A stretch of 64,000 nucleotides of DNA, taken from positions 21,886,001-21,950,000 of the forward strand of contig CM074518.1 of the NCBI GenBank assembly GCA_037379345.1, written 5' to 3'. Shown piece after piece: positions 27,752-39,928 of the stretch. A model generated the notes under the pieces. That model worked only from the letters and a program-made list of their open reading frames with translations. It was not told the origin of the DNA and made no database searches. This stretch comes from Perna viridis (lineage: Eukaryota). The translations under genes and the position numbers were made by a program. Position 1 is the first letter of the stretch. The number at the start of each line of letters is the position of its first letter.

Positions 27752-29487
27752 TATCGTTCTCATTATAAGAAATTTGATGAATCAAAAAGAATTATGTGTA
27801 TGTTGAATAATGCGAGAAACACAAAATAAGGAAAACGTAAAATGAGCCTGATTCAAACATGATGAAAATAGATAACGGTGATGCTCACACCATAATATAT
27901 AGGAGAACCATTTGATTCTTAGGCAAAATGGGGGACTAGTATATTCTGGCCACGAATTTTAGGATAAAACAATTGTCTGACCCTCGTCATCTGGAAAAGA
28001 AAATAAATATTCATGTTTCATGGAGGATGCAGTTTTATAGCTATTACATTTATAAATTTTTACTGACTGATTAATTGTTTCGCTTAAAAAAAATCTTCAT
28101 GTATACGCTCTATCCCGAACATAATGCTTTATTGTTTTACAAAGAAGTAAAAATAGTTGTATTAACTATCAGTAAGAACAAGGAAGAAGTCAATAGAAAA
28201 AATTGGCAATGGAAGGTAGTTTTTATCTATTGTCTGAAGTTCACGGGTCAATAGCTACTAGGCTTCTTACCAAGAAAAGCACACACCGAGAAAACTGCAA
28301 CCAATTGACAAATACCTGCAAAAAACATCGATGCAAAAATTAACAGTCTCGTTATCACAGAAAATAATTTTCTAGGGAGAGGAATAGACTAGACAATTAG
28401 TGCACAGCCCATTAGTAAATTTTTAATGAAAAACTGTTATTTTATCGTTGTTTTAAGTACAAAGATACCAATAAATTAATATTCATTTTTGTTTTTGTTT
28501 TTTTTTGTTCTTTGTTCGCGTACTTCAAAATGTGATCTCTCATCAGCAGCATTATCTAGTGCAAATTGCATACATTGTATAAGGAATTCAAGATAAAAAA
28601 AATAAAGTATGTTCATAGAGTACTTAAACCCAAACCTGTCGAAACAAAAAGCCAAATCCAGCACTGAGTGTGTCCAAGGAGCTACATTATTATAGCTACG
28701 GTGTATAATACAAGAAATACTCACCTTTTGTGCCTATAGAGCTTTGGGGGGGGGGTTCAATCATGGCCTCGGTAGAGAAGACTGTCTTACTCTGTCAAGC
28801 ATAAATTAATAGGATAATATGTTTGGAGACCGAGTGGGCTGAAATGCTTACATGCGGGCTTTTGCTGGAAACCGGCTATACGCGTTAAACTAGAATGAAA
28901 CAGGGTTAAAGGTAATTGAAATATATGCCATAAGACGTAAAACCATAACCAATCAATATCATTTACTTGCGTCTGACTTTCTTGTGCACATTATTAAGTA
29001 CACTTAAAGTATCACAGGTACGACACGACAGGTCCCTCTATGAGCCTCTGAGTGCCCCTCCCCTTTTTTATCTGACAAATTTTCACTTTTTTTTCCTTCT
29101 TTCTATACAACATGAGTCACTGCAAATGCAAACGATAACACGAAACTGCAGTTACATCCACGTCCAGTTTCTGATATGTTGTAAAATATTACAAGCTCTA
29201 TTGTTCAAAATGATAGAATTTTTTAAAGAAAAAATATTTCTTACAAATGTTATTCCATGCCCATGTTCATTTTGATTCAAAATTAGTTTGACCTAAATAA
29301 TTAGCTAACGTAACCTGCGATAACCGTAGATGTATTATGACTATTAGTCTATTTTTGGTCAATGTAAACCCTAATATCTTAAAATAGAAAGACAAAAATT
29401 CTAAACCTGAAAATAGATTGAGTCGCACAGACTAGGAAAATAAATGATGCAAATCCGTCATTTGCTTTGTTAAGTTATAGCTGCTAT

Positions 29488-29621
29488 ATGGACACGATTA
29501 AAGATTTATATCTTGTTCGTCGATTCTTGATTTTAGGAAGAACTGATGGATCTTATTTTGTTGTCAAAGACGAAAATAGCTGTACAGCTACATTTAACGA
29601 GCACGTGGGCTGTATCAAAAG
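29488..29621 (+). CDS. Ro60 paralog 3, exon 1 (short, divergent; not in the ORF track)
   Basis: MDTIKDLYLVRRFLILGRTDGSYFVVKDENSCTATFNEHVGCIK-R; donor AG|gtaaaa, phase 2, in frame with the acceptor at 31339. Confidence 0.8.
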
Positions 29622-30398
29622 GTAAAACTATAATTTATTATTACAAATTCAATTTGTAATATTACAAAATGTGTGATATTTTATATATTATATTACTAAA
29701 TCAGGAATTTGTAATATTAGAAAATGAATTTATAATATTACAAATTGAATTTCTGATATTAAAAAAACCTTTTCTAATATTAAAAAAATGATTTTGTAAT
29801 ATTAGAAATTCATTTTATAATATTACAAAATATTGATTTTTGTCCACTTTGGCTTGCCATAAACATGGTTCTTATAATAAGGCCTACACAATCCTTCAAG
29901 GAGTCAAAGTTGTCAGACGACTCCTTGTTAGGGTTGTTGCCCTTGAAAGGGGAAAATGACGTTTTTTTTAAAACTATAATAGATAGAAAACAAGTTTCAT
30001 TGATGAAACGATCCTTATGATCAGGCATACAGGAGTCTTCAATTGGGTCAAAATTGTAGGACGACTCCTTGTTAGAGTTGTTGCTCTTGAACGGCGAAAA
30101 ATGACATTCTTTGCAATTTTCAGTTAATATCTTGAAAACTATAATAAATACGAAAAAAAAATCTTGATGAAATGATTCTTATGATAAGACCTTTAAAAGT
30201 CTGTATTGATCAAAGATGTAGGATACCTCATTGTTACAACTATTGCCCTTGAAGCGCAAAAATTGAACCAGGTGAGCGGCTCAGGCTCCATAGACTTCTA
30301 TTTCTTATTGAATCCCCGATTTGGTAAATATTTTCATTTCTTCTACCTATTGGCAATAGAAATATCTAGTCTTGAAATGAAATACTATATATTACAGC

Positions 30399-30432
<34 letters not shown>

Positions 30433-31338
30433 ACAAGTTGGCTCTTATCTTGACCTTATAGTTCGGAAATTGACTAACGATAAACTTTTCTTTAAAATTG
30501 AACTCTGTGACAAGCGCGAGGAGTTTTTTTCCAGTTGCAAACTATTTTCGTTCTAATGTACATGTAGTATCATTTTATTTAGCTGGTCCATTGTTTGGGC
30601 CTTTTGTCTTACAACTTACAAGTTTTGTTAGAGATGGCGATTATTACATTATTATGGTAAAGCATATTACACACAGTTTATTAGTATATATAGAGCATGA
30701 GTAACTTATATTGTTGGCTGGGCTATAGGTTTACATGTAATAATGGTCGTAATTATAACCTGATTGACAACTAATGGCTGCTAGTTTCCATTTTAATTTA
30801 CGTCAAACGACCTATATATATATATATATAGCTCCATCTATAAATAGATAATTTTCTTCTAACATAACAAATAAGATAAAATTAATTCTTAGGTCACGCT
30901 TCATTCCGTAAAAAAACTTTTAAGTGCATGTAAGGTCGTGTTTAATTGATCAGATACAAGCATAACCTTAGCAAGCAAAACGGTGGTTTTCATAATAGAG
31001 AAAGCACTGTTCAACCTTCAGCACAGTTACAATGTATTATTCTCCGCGGTTTTTTCGGATCATTTTTGTGTGTACTTTCATGTTTTGTGTTCTCTGTCTG
31101 TTGTCCTTTGAATTCGTCTTTCTGTTTTGGTTTTGTCTTTAGATTTCCTTTTGTTTGACTGTTCGATATTACATTGTATTACTTTTCCTTTGTCCCAGTT
31201 AAAATATACACTAATTCATTATTGTGTAGTATCATATGATGAAAAATTAATGTATTATTGACCATACTAATATATTCTAACATATTTGTGTATTGTAAAA
31301 GTTGACTGTAGTAACATTTTCATTTTTCTGAATTGTAG

Positions 31339-32818
31339 ATTAATCACCAATGGACAAGGGAAAGTTGTGGTGGATTTAATCAAACAAACAACTCGAGAAA
31401 ACCGTGCTCCGAGGTATGGCCCGCTACTATATGCGTTGGCGTTATGTGCCAAGTCCAAAGACAAAGCCACCAAGAATGCAGCTTTCAGAAGTCTTGCTGA
31501 AGTATGTCGTCTACCAACACATCTATTCCAGTTTATTAAATTTGCCGACATATTAAGTGGGTCCCACAAGGGATGGGGAAGGGCGCAACGCAAAGGTGTG
31601 TCAGAATGGTACAACCAAAAACATTTCTTAGACAATCCACTGAAACTATTACATCTTGGATGTAAGTACAGACGGCGAAATACATTCAGTCACAAAGATG
31701 TAATTAGGCTTGGGCATGTTAAACCTGCTAATCCACATGTGGCATTTGCAATTCGATATTTCGTAAAGGGAAAAAAGTATTTAGGTGATTTCAGAAAAAC
31801 GGAAGACATCGCTCTCAACCTGGCCTATCAGTATGTCTTAGCTTTGGAAAAAACAAGAAAAGTGTCCACAAATGATACAGTGCAGCTGTGTAAGTTGATA
31901 AAGGAACATCGATTCAGTCATGAACATATTCCAACAACTCACCTAGGATCAAAGGAAGTCTGGGAAAGTCTCGTTTCCTCGATGCCACTTACTGCGTTGA
32001 TACGTCATCTTGGTAAGCTAAGTGCTCTTGGTTTACTCAACCCAGGAGAACCCAAAGAAGATTATGTATTTAACAAACTCTGTAGTCAAACTGGTGTACA
32101 ATCTACTAAAATGCATCCATTCATTTTGCTTACGGCTTGGAACTCGTACAAACGAGGGTTTTCGGGACCTGCTGATCACAAACGTTCGGTTTGGGAAATA
32201 AACCCTAGAATCGCAAATGCGCTAGAAACTGCTTTTTACAATTCTTTGTCAAATGTACGACCGACCGGGGGAAGACTACTTCTTGCAGTCGATGGAAGTG
32301 AAGCAATGCTTCATCGACCTGCACATGGAATGCCTGAGGTGTCAGCCCGTAGTGCTGCAGTAGCATTGGTACTCGCTATATCTAAAATTGAAGCTCAGGC
32401 TCATAGAACAGGGAATGTTGAAACGGTCCTTCTTCTAGATACTGTCAGGCCGATTGTTATAAATACCCAGAGAGATAATGACATCGAAAGCGCAAGTCAA
32501 AGGTTCTCAGTCGAAGGCACCACTTCGAATCTCGATCCGGGCAGAGCCATCCAGTTTGTAGATTGGGCTTTAGAAAACGAGAAAACATTTGACGCCTTTG
32601 TTCTATTTACGATATCAGGAACACCTATTGTAGACGTGGCTCGGAGATATCGTGAGCAAATGAGCACACCACATTGCCGTTTTGTCAATGTAGTTATGAC
32701 TAGTATCGATTATAACGTTACTGACCCTCATGACCAAAATATGCTGAATGTTATTGGACTTGACTCGAAGGCTGTTTCTCTCATTTTAGATTTTATAAGA
32801 AATGGGATTAGTGAATAA
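31339..32818 (+). CDS. Ro60-like paralog 3, exon 2 (divergent; MIDAS degenerate); spliced protein 537 aa
   Basis: Acceptor ttgtag|A TTA ATC. Motifs: CRLPTHLF, GWGRAQRK, CKYRRRNTFSHKDVIRLGHVKP, MPLTALIRHLGKL, LLAVDGSEAM, MLNVIGLD. Confidence 0.93.
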
Positions 32819-33232
32819 AATGCTTACATTATATAATAGTTATTTTCGTAGTCTTTGGCATGTAAAAGTCTTAAAATCTTGATGATTACGTACATTGTAA
32901 GTAATGCTAACTGAACATGTGTTGTCATTTGTTTAAAATTTGTTGTGTGTCGTGTAATGGCTTCGGAGCAAATATTTTGAGGTTTACGGTTTGTTTTAAA
33001 CAGAAAAAAGACTAAATGTGTTTGCTTGTAAAATAGTGTAAAAAAGAAGGATATCCTAGAAATGAAATGTTAATGTTTACACATTGGGTTCTAGTCACGT
33101 TCATATTTCATATTAATGCACTGGTATATTTACTGGACTGGGTGCTTAACCAAGTGAAACAAATTTCTTGAGTTCTGCACGAACACTTGATATTAAACGT
33201 AAGATACATTAACTATTATACGTCACAAAAAG

Positions 33233-33292
33233 TTTGTTTGTTTGTTGGGGTTTAACGTCCGAGCAGCAATATTTCAGCTATATTCAGACGAT
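33233..33292 (-). mobile_element. 60-bp 5'-truncated SINE tail with an 11-bp target-site duplication
   Basis: Reverse complement of the tail of 38467-38983, flanked by gtcacaaaaag at 33222-33232 and 33293-33303. Confidence 0.8.
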
Positions 33293-33339
33293 GTCACAAA
33301 AAGAGTAACCGAATTACCACCTTTCACTATTTGCATGAC

Positions 33340-33800
33340 GAATAAAAGTAAGAGTAATTAATGAGCCAAGATTCTAGCGGAAATAAAAATAATGTAATCC
33401 AGGAACAAAGACCAGACATGGAAAACAAACAAACACAACAAAAAAAAAAACAAAAAAAAAAACATAAAATAACCAAACTGATACATACAAAGTAACAAAA
33501 GTAAATCAACTCGAACTCCACTAAAAACTGGGAGCATGGACCAGGTACATCGGTAGGGCAAGGAACCTCTGCATTAATCTAGAAACACCCGCTGAATTGC
33601 TCATAAAAAGTCAAGTCCGGGGTAGACGAAAGAGGAAAGGAAAACCAAGACACATTGAACAAATCAGTTTTCACGGTGCAGATGGATACATCGTAATGAT
33701 CCACGAGTTCATGATAACGACCATAAAACTTATGTAGTGATGACTACAATCTTGTAGCAACATAACCCTATCCAGAGGCTTAATTATAAGAAGTATACAT
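33340..33800 (-). mobile_element. Penelope-like retroelement 3' fragment (inverted relative to 24490-24975)
   Basis: Reverse-complement co-linearity with 24560-24975. Confidence 0.6.
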
Positions 33801-34129
33801 TTATTCACTGAGGACCCTCTACAGCACAATAATGATATATTGGTTAGGACTTTACACAAATTAAAAATTCAGTATCCGAGATGGACCTCAATTGATTAAG
33901 AACAAGTGTGTCAGGTAATCTGTGAATATAAAACTACCGAGCCTTGATAGGGACATACATTGTACATAGAAAAACACATCGATAAATTCTGGGAAAAAAC
34001 AGTGTTTAATCCTATTAAAAATGAAAATTACTTGACTTGACTTGGCTTCATAACAAATATCATTATACTTCAAGTCAATTTGATGAATTTTGGTTCAACA
34101 CGAGGGTAATATTCTGCTCTATCACATGG

Positions 34130-35050
34130 CTCAGAGGGTGATAAACAAGAACAACTTGATGCACTCTATGACTACTGCACAATGTGGAAACTTTAATTTA
34201 ATGTTGGCAAAATAAAATTGTTGTTTTTTTTCTAAAGGCAAGAAGTCTAAAGTTTTAATATTCAATGATGCATCTCTTGATATGGTTGATAGTTTCAATT
34301 ATTTAGGAATATTGCTGTCAATAACAGATAGCTTTTCAAAAGCGAAAAAAGGCAAACGTAGGAAAGGCAAATCGAACTATATACTAGGCAGATACCCACT
34401 GGAAATAAAAATTAAACAGAGAATCTTTAACTTTTGGCTTAAACTAGTTACTGGAAAATCTGAAAAGCTACCTGCAATTTTATTTAACTTTGCTCTTAAA
34501 AATATGGCGATAGAATATTCCGGATAAAAAAAAAGATTAAATCAATACTGGATGAGTGTGGTTTTTCTTTTATTTGAAACGAACAACACGAACATAATGC
34601 ATCTTGGATACTTTTTACAATTAAACAAAGCCTTTTAGACCAAATTTCAACAGTCATGGAGCCCAAAAGTGAAAAAAACTCGCCTGAATCTCTGAATTAT
34701 AGATTGTACAAAGAAAACTTTGGAATTGAAAATTATTTCAGAATTTTAGATGACAAAAACTATTATTACTCTTTGTAGATTTAGAACCTTCCCGTTGAAA
34801 GTGGGCGTTGGCAAAATATTAGTGGAGAAAATAGAAAATGTCATTTATGTAATTCGGGAGATATTTGGGGATGACTTCCATTATTTGTTTAAGTGCACAT
34901 GGTTTGATAGTAACAGAAAAAATCCTTCTCGCAGAAAAAATTTGTTAAAAGACCAAATATTATTAAATCTAAAGCTTTTATGAATAGATCATGTCCAGCT
35001 CATCACCTTCTGTTCTCAACAATTTATGTAAACTTATGCGACAAATTACA
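34130..35050 (+). mobile_element. Decayed LINE (CR1/L2-group-like) RT 3' portion
   Basis: Frameshifted remnants: YCTMWKL, VDSFNYLGI, LGRYPLEIKIKQRIFNFWLKL, LCRFRT..P.ESGRW, GDDFHYLFKCTWF. Confidence 0.6.
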
Positions 35051-35239
35051 AAGATGTTGTCTCAAGGGTAGTTCTCTAAATTCATGTATATAGAAATTCA
35101 TCATGAATGTGACTTAATACTATTTCTTCCAATACATGTACACTAACCAACTTCTTATGTATATTATGCATCTATGCAAATTGTATTGAATTTGTTCTCT
35201 GTACCATAGTATTATGGTATTTGAGTAATACAATATACA

Positions 35240-36100
35240 TAGCAAAGATCTGCACAAGATTTGTTTCTCCAAACACTACAGCTCTTAACTCCATTTTTAT
35301 AGTCACAACCTACCATGTACTAAACACCATCGGCCTTACCACAATTACCATTCATTTCTACAGTTGCAGGTTTTGATTTTACCATACCTACTTGACCCAT
35401 TAGTGATTTAGGAAACATCCATAATTCTCCCTTTTCCAAACACGAAATGAAATGTTCTTTCATATATTTTTCTTCGTGTTGAATATGAAGACCCCAGTAA
35501 AACCACTGATACAGAACCGTGTTTGTAACCGCATATAAACCACAGTCAACTGAATTAGATCGTTTATGAATTTCTGGGATTTTGACGAGAAGCCGAGTCT
35601 TAAAAACCCGATTTCTGTGAAAACTGTTTTGTTAAAATTGAATGCATGTCTTTAAGTTCCTACCCAAGGTATGCTTTCTGTTAAAATGTCTGCCTGGATA
35701 TGTTTTTCGTTGTAATCGAGTTTCTTTCTTTCATATGTAGGTTAAGTTAAGAATGTGGTAATTCTGGACTGACATCTATATATGTACGTGTTTCATTCAT
35801 TCCTGGATCGTCTCTAAATTAAATTGTAACTTTTTTCTTGATACCGGAGTAGATTTACTTGTTTTCCTTCTACTGTATTTGCTGGTAGGTGAAAATTGAC
35901 AATGGTTATTTTTTCAACAGGTTCACACCCTCTGTGGAGTTTTGCTTTAGGATATGGAAGCATGTTGTTGTAAATGACGTGATTCAATGGGAACTGTTGT
36001 GACACAATACTTACCACTTCTACCTTGAACAATAAAGGCACCCTGAGTGGGTACATGAGTGATTAGGTTATTGTCTATTACATACTTTGCATGTGCATGT
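35240..36100 (-). pseudogene. Decayed DNA-transposon gene remnant (SWIM finger, Ulp1-like protease and PHD-like finger; MULE/Zisupton-type architecture)
   Basis: Minus-strand remnants with stops and frameshifts: GAFIVQGRSGKYCVT..TTCFHIL (~35950-36050), NSVDCGLYAVTN (~35520-35560) and MKEHFISCLEKGELWMFP..C..D..MVGCD..CSVWRNKSC (~35250-35470). Confidence 0.5.
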
Positions 36101-37770
36101 GGACTACTTACTGCTGGAGGGAATTGATAATTCTGGGAGGACAGACAACTTTTTCCTGTACGTGCGATGTGTCTGATAAATTTTCCTTAGCCTTACATGC
36201 CATTTTTCATCCCCAGACTCTTGCTCCGCTTGATTTAAGGAAGACCATAAATATATTTGAGGCTCTTTTTTATGTATTCTATTATGTCGAAGGTGCAATA
36301 AGTTTTTTAAGAATAACTAATTCGTCACTCGAAATAGCTGCTCTAGAAAACTCGTTTTAGGTGTTACATGTAGTTACCTGTGCTAGACAAACCTCTAAGA
36401 ATCTCATAGTTTTCAAAGTTTTGTAAGAAGCGGTAACCGAGAACAAGCATGTTAACAGGCAGTTCCTGTCATTCATTCTCTTGTTTCAAAACAACATTAT
36501 ATCTCTCTGATAATTTTTGTTATACCATAGTATGGATCATAGAGTCCATCAAATTGGTCCAAAACCTATTCACCGGCATGATTAATTATGAGTTAGATTA
36601 ACGAGGTATGAAAGTTTTACAAGCCAATTAATGGTGATTAGAGATCGTTAATCCAATTTAGGCAGATTACGAAGAACATTTACACGTAGTTCGACCTGAA
36701 AAGATTTCTGCTCATAAAATTACTGTTGTGATGCTGATTAAGATTCTATATAGAAAAATACCTCCAAATTCTATTTTATCTACATTAATTTTCATAAAAT
36801 ATATATGTTAAGTTCTAAGCCTAATTATGTCGATGAATGAAGATTTAGTCCTGTCAAAATTTTAGATTTAACTATAAATCAATTTAAAATACCAAAATGC
36901 ACTTTTATTCTTCTTTAGAATTCATTTCGAATTTTTGAATGCCATTAAATAAAACAAAAGTTATAGCCAAAAATGTATCGGAAAATGCCCGTCCTGTTTT
37001 ATACCAACCCTCGATTTGCCGGTGAAAAATCACTCATGAGTAACATGTCTATTTTTCATTCGTCAAAAGTTAGTGCGTTTGTTGTAACTGTGTCGATCGT
37101 ATCGATTTTAAAAGAAACGTGTTTTAATTTATAAATTACTAATTTAAGACTTTCGACAAAGAAAGATAGTGAAAAACTACGATTTTCAGGATTAGAAGAA
37201 GTATTTTTCAAATTAATAATTGTAGAAATGTAAAAGAAAGATGTTACAGAAAAAGAAACGACATTAAGCAAAGAAAGATACGTACAAACACTGCAAGTTA
37301 CGATAAAAAATACATTTCACGAATTAACATTTAAACAATCTTCGATTAACCAAGAAAGAAAATACAGAGAACAAATGAGCAAGTAACAAAGTTAAAGAAC
37401 ATATTTATGGCGGATTTCCCCTTCCATAATGCTTCGGGGTGACAACAATTTTCTCGGGGTAACAAACTGCTCTATCACTCTCTAAGCTAAATGTCATTTA
37501 TAATAAAGAAAATGCATCGATAAAGAAAACAGAAAACTTTCATCATAATAATGAAAATCTCATCACAATAATGAAACTCTCATCATAATAAAGTATATCA
37601 TGAAAAATCACACAGAAGTATGGCTATCTAGAGCCACCGGGTGAACTTGTGGTCTATAGCACAAAACAATAATTCCCCTTTTCTAATTTTAGCTTATTCA
37701 CAGTATTATTCGGAACGTAACGGCAGCCATGTTAAACAAAAAAAATATGTAAGCCTACATAAACTGAGAC

Positions 37771-37982
37771 ATGGCTTTTCGAAATCATTCACAGCCATCC
37801 GGGAATCCAGTTCCTCAATGGGAACCGCTTATTGGACAAAGTAAAAACAAAGCTAAAGGGTATTCGTATGAAGTAACAGATGAAGTCAGACTGCTCAGAT
37901 TTCTTATTTTAGGGTCTGAAGGTGGAACATATTACACATCTGAGTCGGAATTAAAACGTGAAAATGTACAGTGTATCGACAG
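37771..37982 (+). CDS. RO60: Ro60 paralog 4, exon 1
   Basis: MAFRNH..PQWEPLIGQSKNKAKGYSYEVTDEVRLLRFLILGSEGGTYY..ENVQCID-R; donor AG|gtatat, phase 2. Confidence 0.9.
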
Positions 37983-38466
37983 GTATATATGTATCGATAA
38001 ATAAACTAGTTTATTGAATGGAATGAAAAACATTTTATAACGTTTGAATTACGGACAAACTCGAATTTCACTTTTATTTACGTGACTACCCCCTTTTTTA
38101 TCGGTCATTCGCAATTTACTTCCTGTTTACAATTGTGATGTAATTTGATATTTATTTAAATACGTATTTTAATACAAAGTGAACCAGAAAATATCGAATC
38201 ATGTCAATAAATTATACAGATTTATAAAGTATGTAAACTCTAGGGTTTATCAAACAAATATTGTGGTTATTTTTGGATCGTTGTATAAACGAGACGTTAT
38301 AATTGCTATTTGACAATGAACTGCATATGCATTAATATTATAATATTACAATGTAAATTGCAGCCCGCAACTTTGAAAGGGTATATAACACACAACAAAA
38401 TAGGAATGAAAATTAACGTTTTTTTTTTTCAAAACCTTTACACAAACCATTTTCTTCTCAGAAAAG

Positions 38467-38983
38467 CCCCGTGCAGGTCCGGGTGTTTTAAAGAATAGGC
38501 TTACAGCAGCGCTAAGTTTGTCGTAAAAGGCAACTAAATAGTGCTCAGAACCCTAGCCGGGGGCTAGGGCGCTTTGCCCACAAGGCAACTGGGATGTGTG
38601 CCCCAGGTGGTGGAATAAGGTACTCCTGGCGTGTTACATGCTGGGGTTGTGAGGCTATAATACGGAAAACCTGACCGCAAACCATAGTGATGCACCGTGT
38701 TGGGAAAGATGCCACGTTCCTCGCACGTTAAAGAACCCTACTGTGGTATTCTCCCGGAGTAGGAACCGTAGGGCTCCGCCACAGGAGGCTAAATTGCCCG
38801 ACCCTACCCACCTCTCCCTATTTCCAGTGGCAATAAAAATTTGTCGACCCCAATGTCCTTGTGTCCCACCCCTTTTTCATTTCATCATCAATTCATGTTC
38901 ATTTTATCATCAATTTCATGTTCATCGTCTGAATATAGCTGAAATAGTGCTGCTCGGACGTTAAACCCCAACAAACAAACACA
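38467..38983 (+). mobile_element. 517-bp GC-rich SINE-like retroposon in the intron of Ro60 paralog 4, with a 13-bp TSD
   Basis: TSD cttctcagaaaag at 38454-38466 and 38984-38996. Internal gcacgttaaagaaccc motif. Tail gctgaaatagtgctgctcggacgttaaaccccaacaaacaaac. Confidence 0.8.
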
Positions 38984-39928
38984 CTTCTCAGAAAAGGGTG
39001 GGAGGCTGTGATTTTATTAAAAAAATAATCGATTTTTTTCAGCAGTAATCGGGAGTTAAAAGAATTTATTTCAAAATCTACATTGTAATGTAATGGAGGG
39101 AATATTGATTCAAATTATTGTTTTTGTTCTTGGATGAGTAAACTTTTTTTTTTGCTCAAATTTGGAAGAACTTTTTTTAATCCCACCTCCAGTATGAAAT
39201 TGGTTGATTCCTAAATTTGCTCAATTCAAATGGTATAGCCTACCCAGTGGATATATAAAACTTTAAAAAAATCTTTTTGTGCATATATTTTACCCCATAA
39301 ATTAAGAAAAGCATAACTAACTCGTGAATTGAGTATAGCCATGTGATGTTGTACGTGCCAAAATGGGGAAAATTTGTTAAAGTACTTGTATGGAGTTAAA
39401 TAAGAGATAGGGAATCATGAATGTGATGGATGAGGATAGTGAAGAAGAATTTGTGAAGGGTTGGAATTTTGAATGGAGATTCCGTCACTCCGAGAGTGTG
39501 GGTAAATTGTTTTAAAAGAATATTGATCTATTTCATTCAATTTTATATAATTGTAACAATTAACTAATTAAAAAACAACTACACAGTGTAGTGTTTATAT
39601 TAAAAAATATATAAATATAGAATTAAAGTTTACAATAGTTATAATAATTTAATTGCGGAAAATAAAATGGGGATTCATTGGGAATGGGGGACGATGCATT
39701 GTGCGAATGGGTAGCCCTTTCAAATATGAATCGATTTACAAAAGTATCGGTTCCTGTGATGCTGTGCAAATTATTATATTTTTCTGGTTTTATCAAATTC
39801 CAAATAATAAGAAAATGCACGTAGAAAAAAAAAGCTTTAATTGAAACAATTTTGAGCAAAGTGTCAGGGAAATGTTTTCTATACACCAGTCAAAATGACT
39901 AGCCTTACTTACTGCGTTTGCATTTCAG

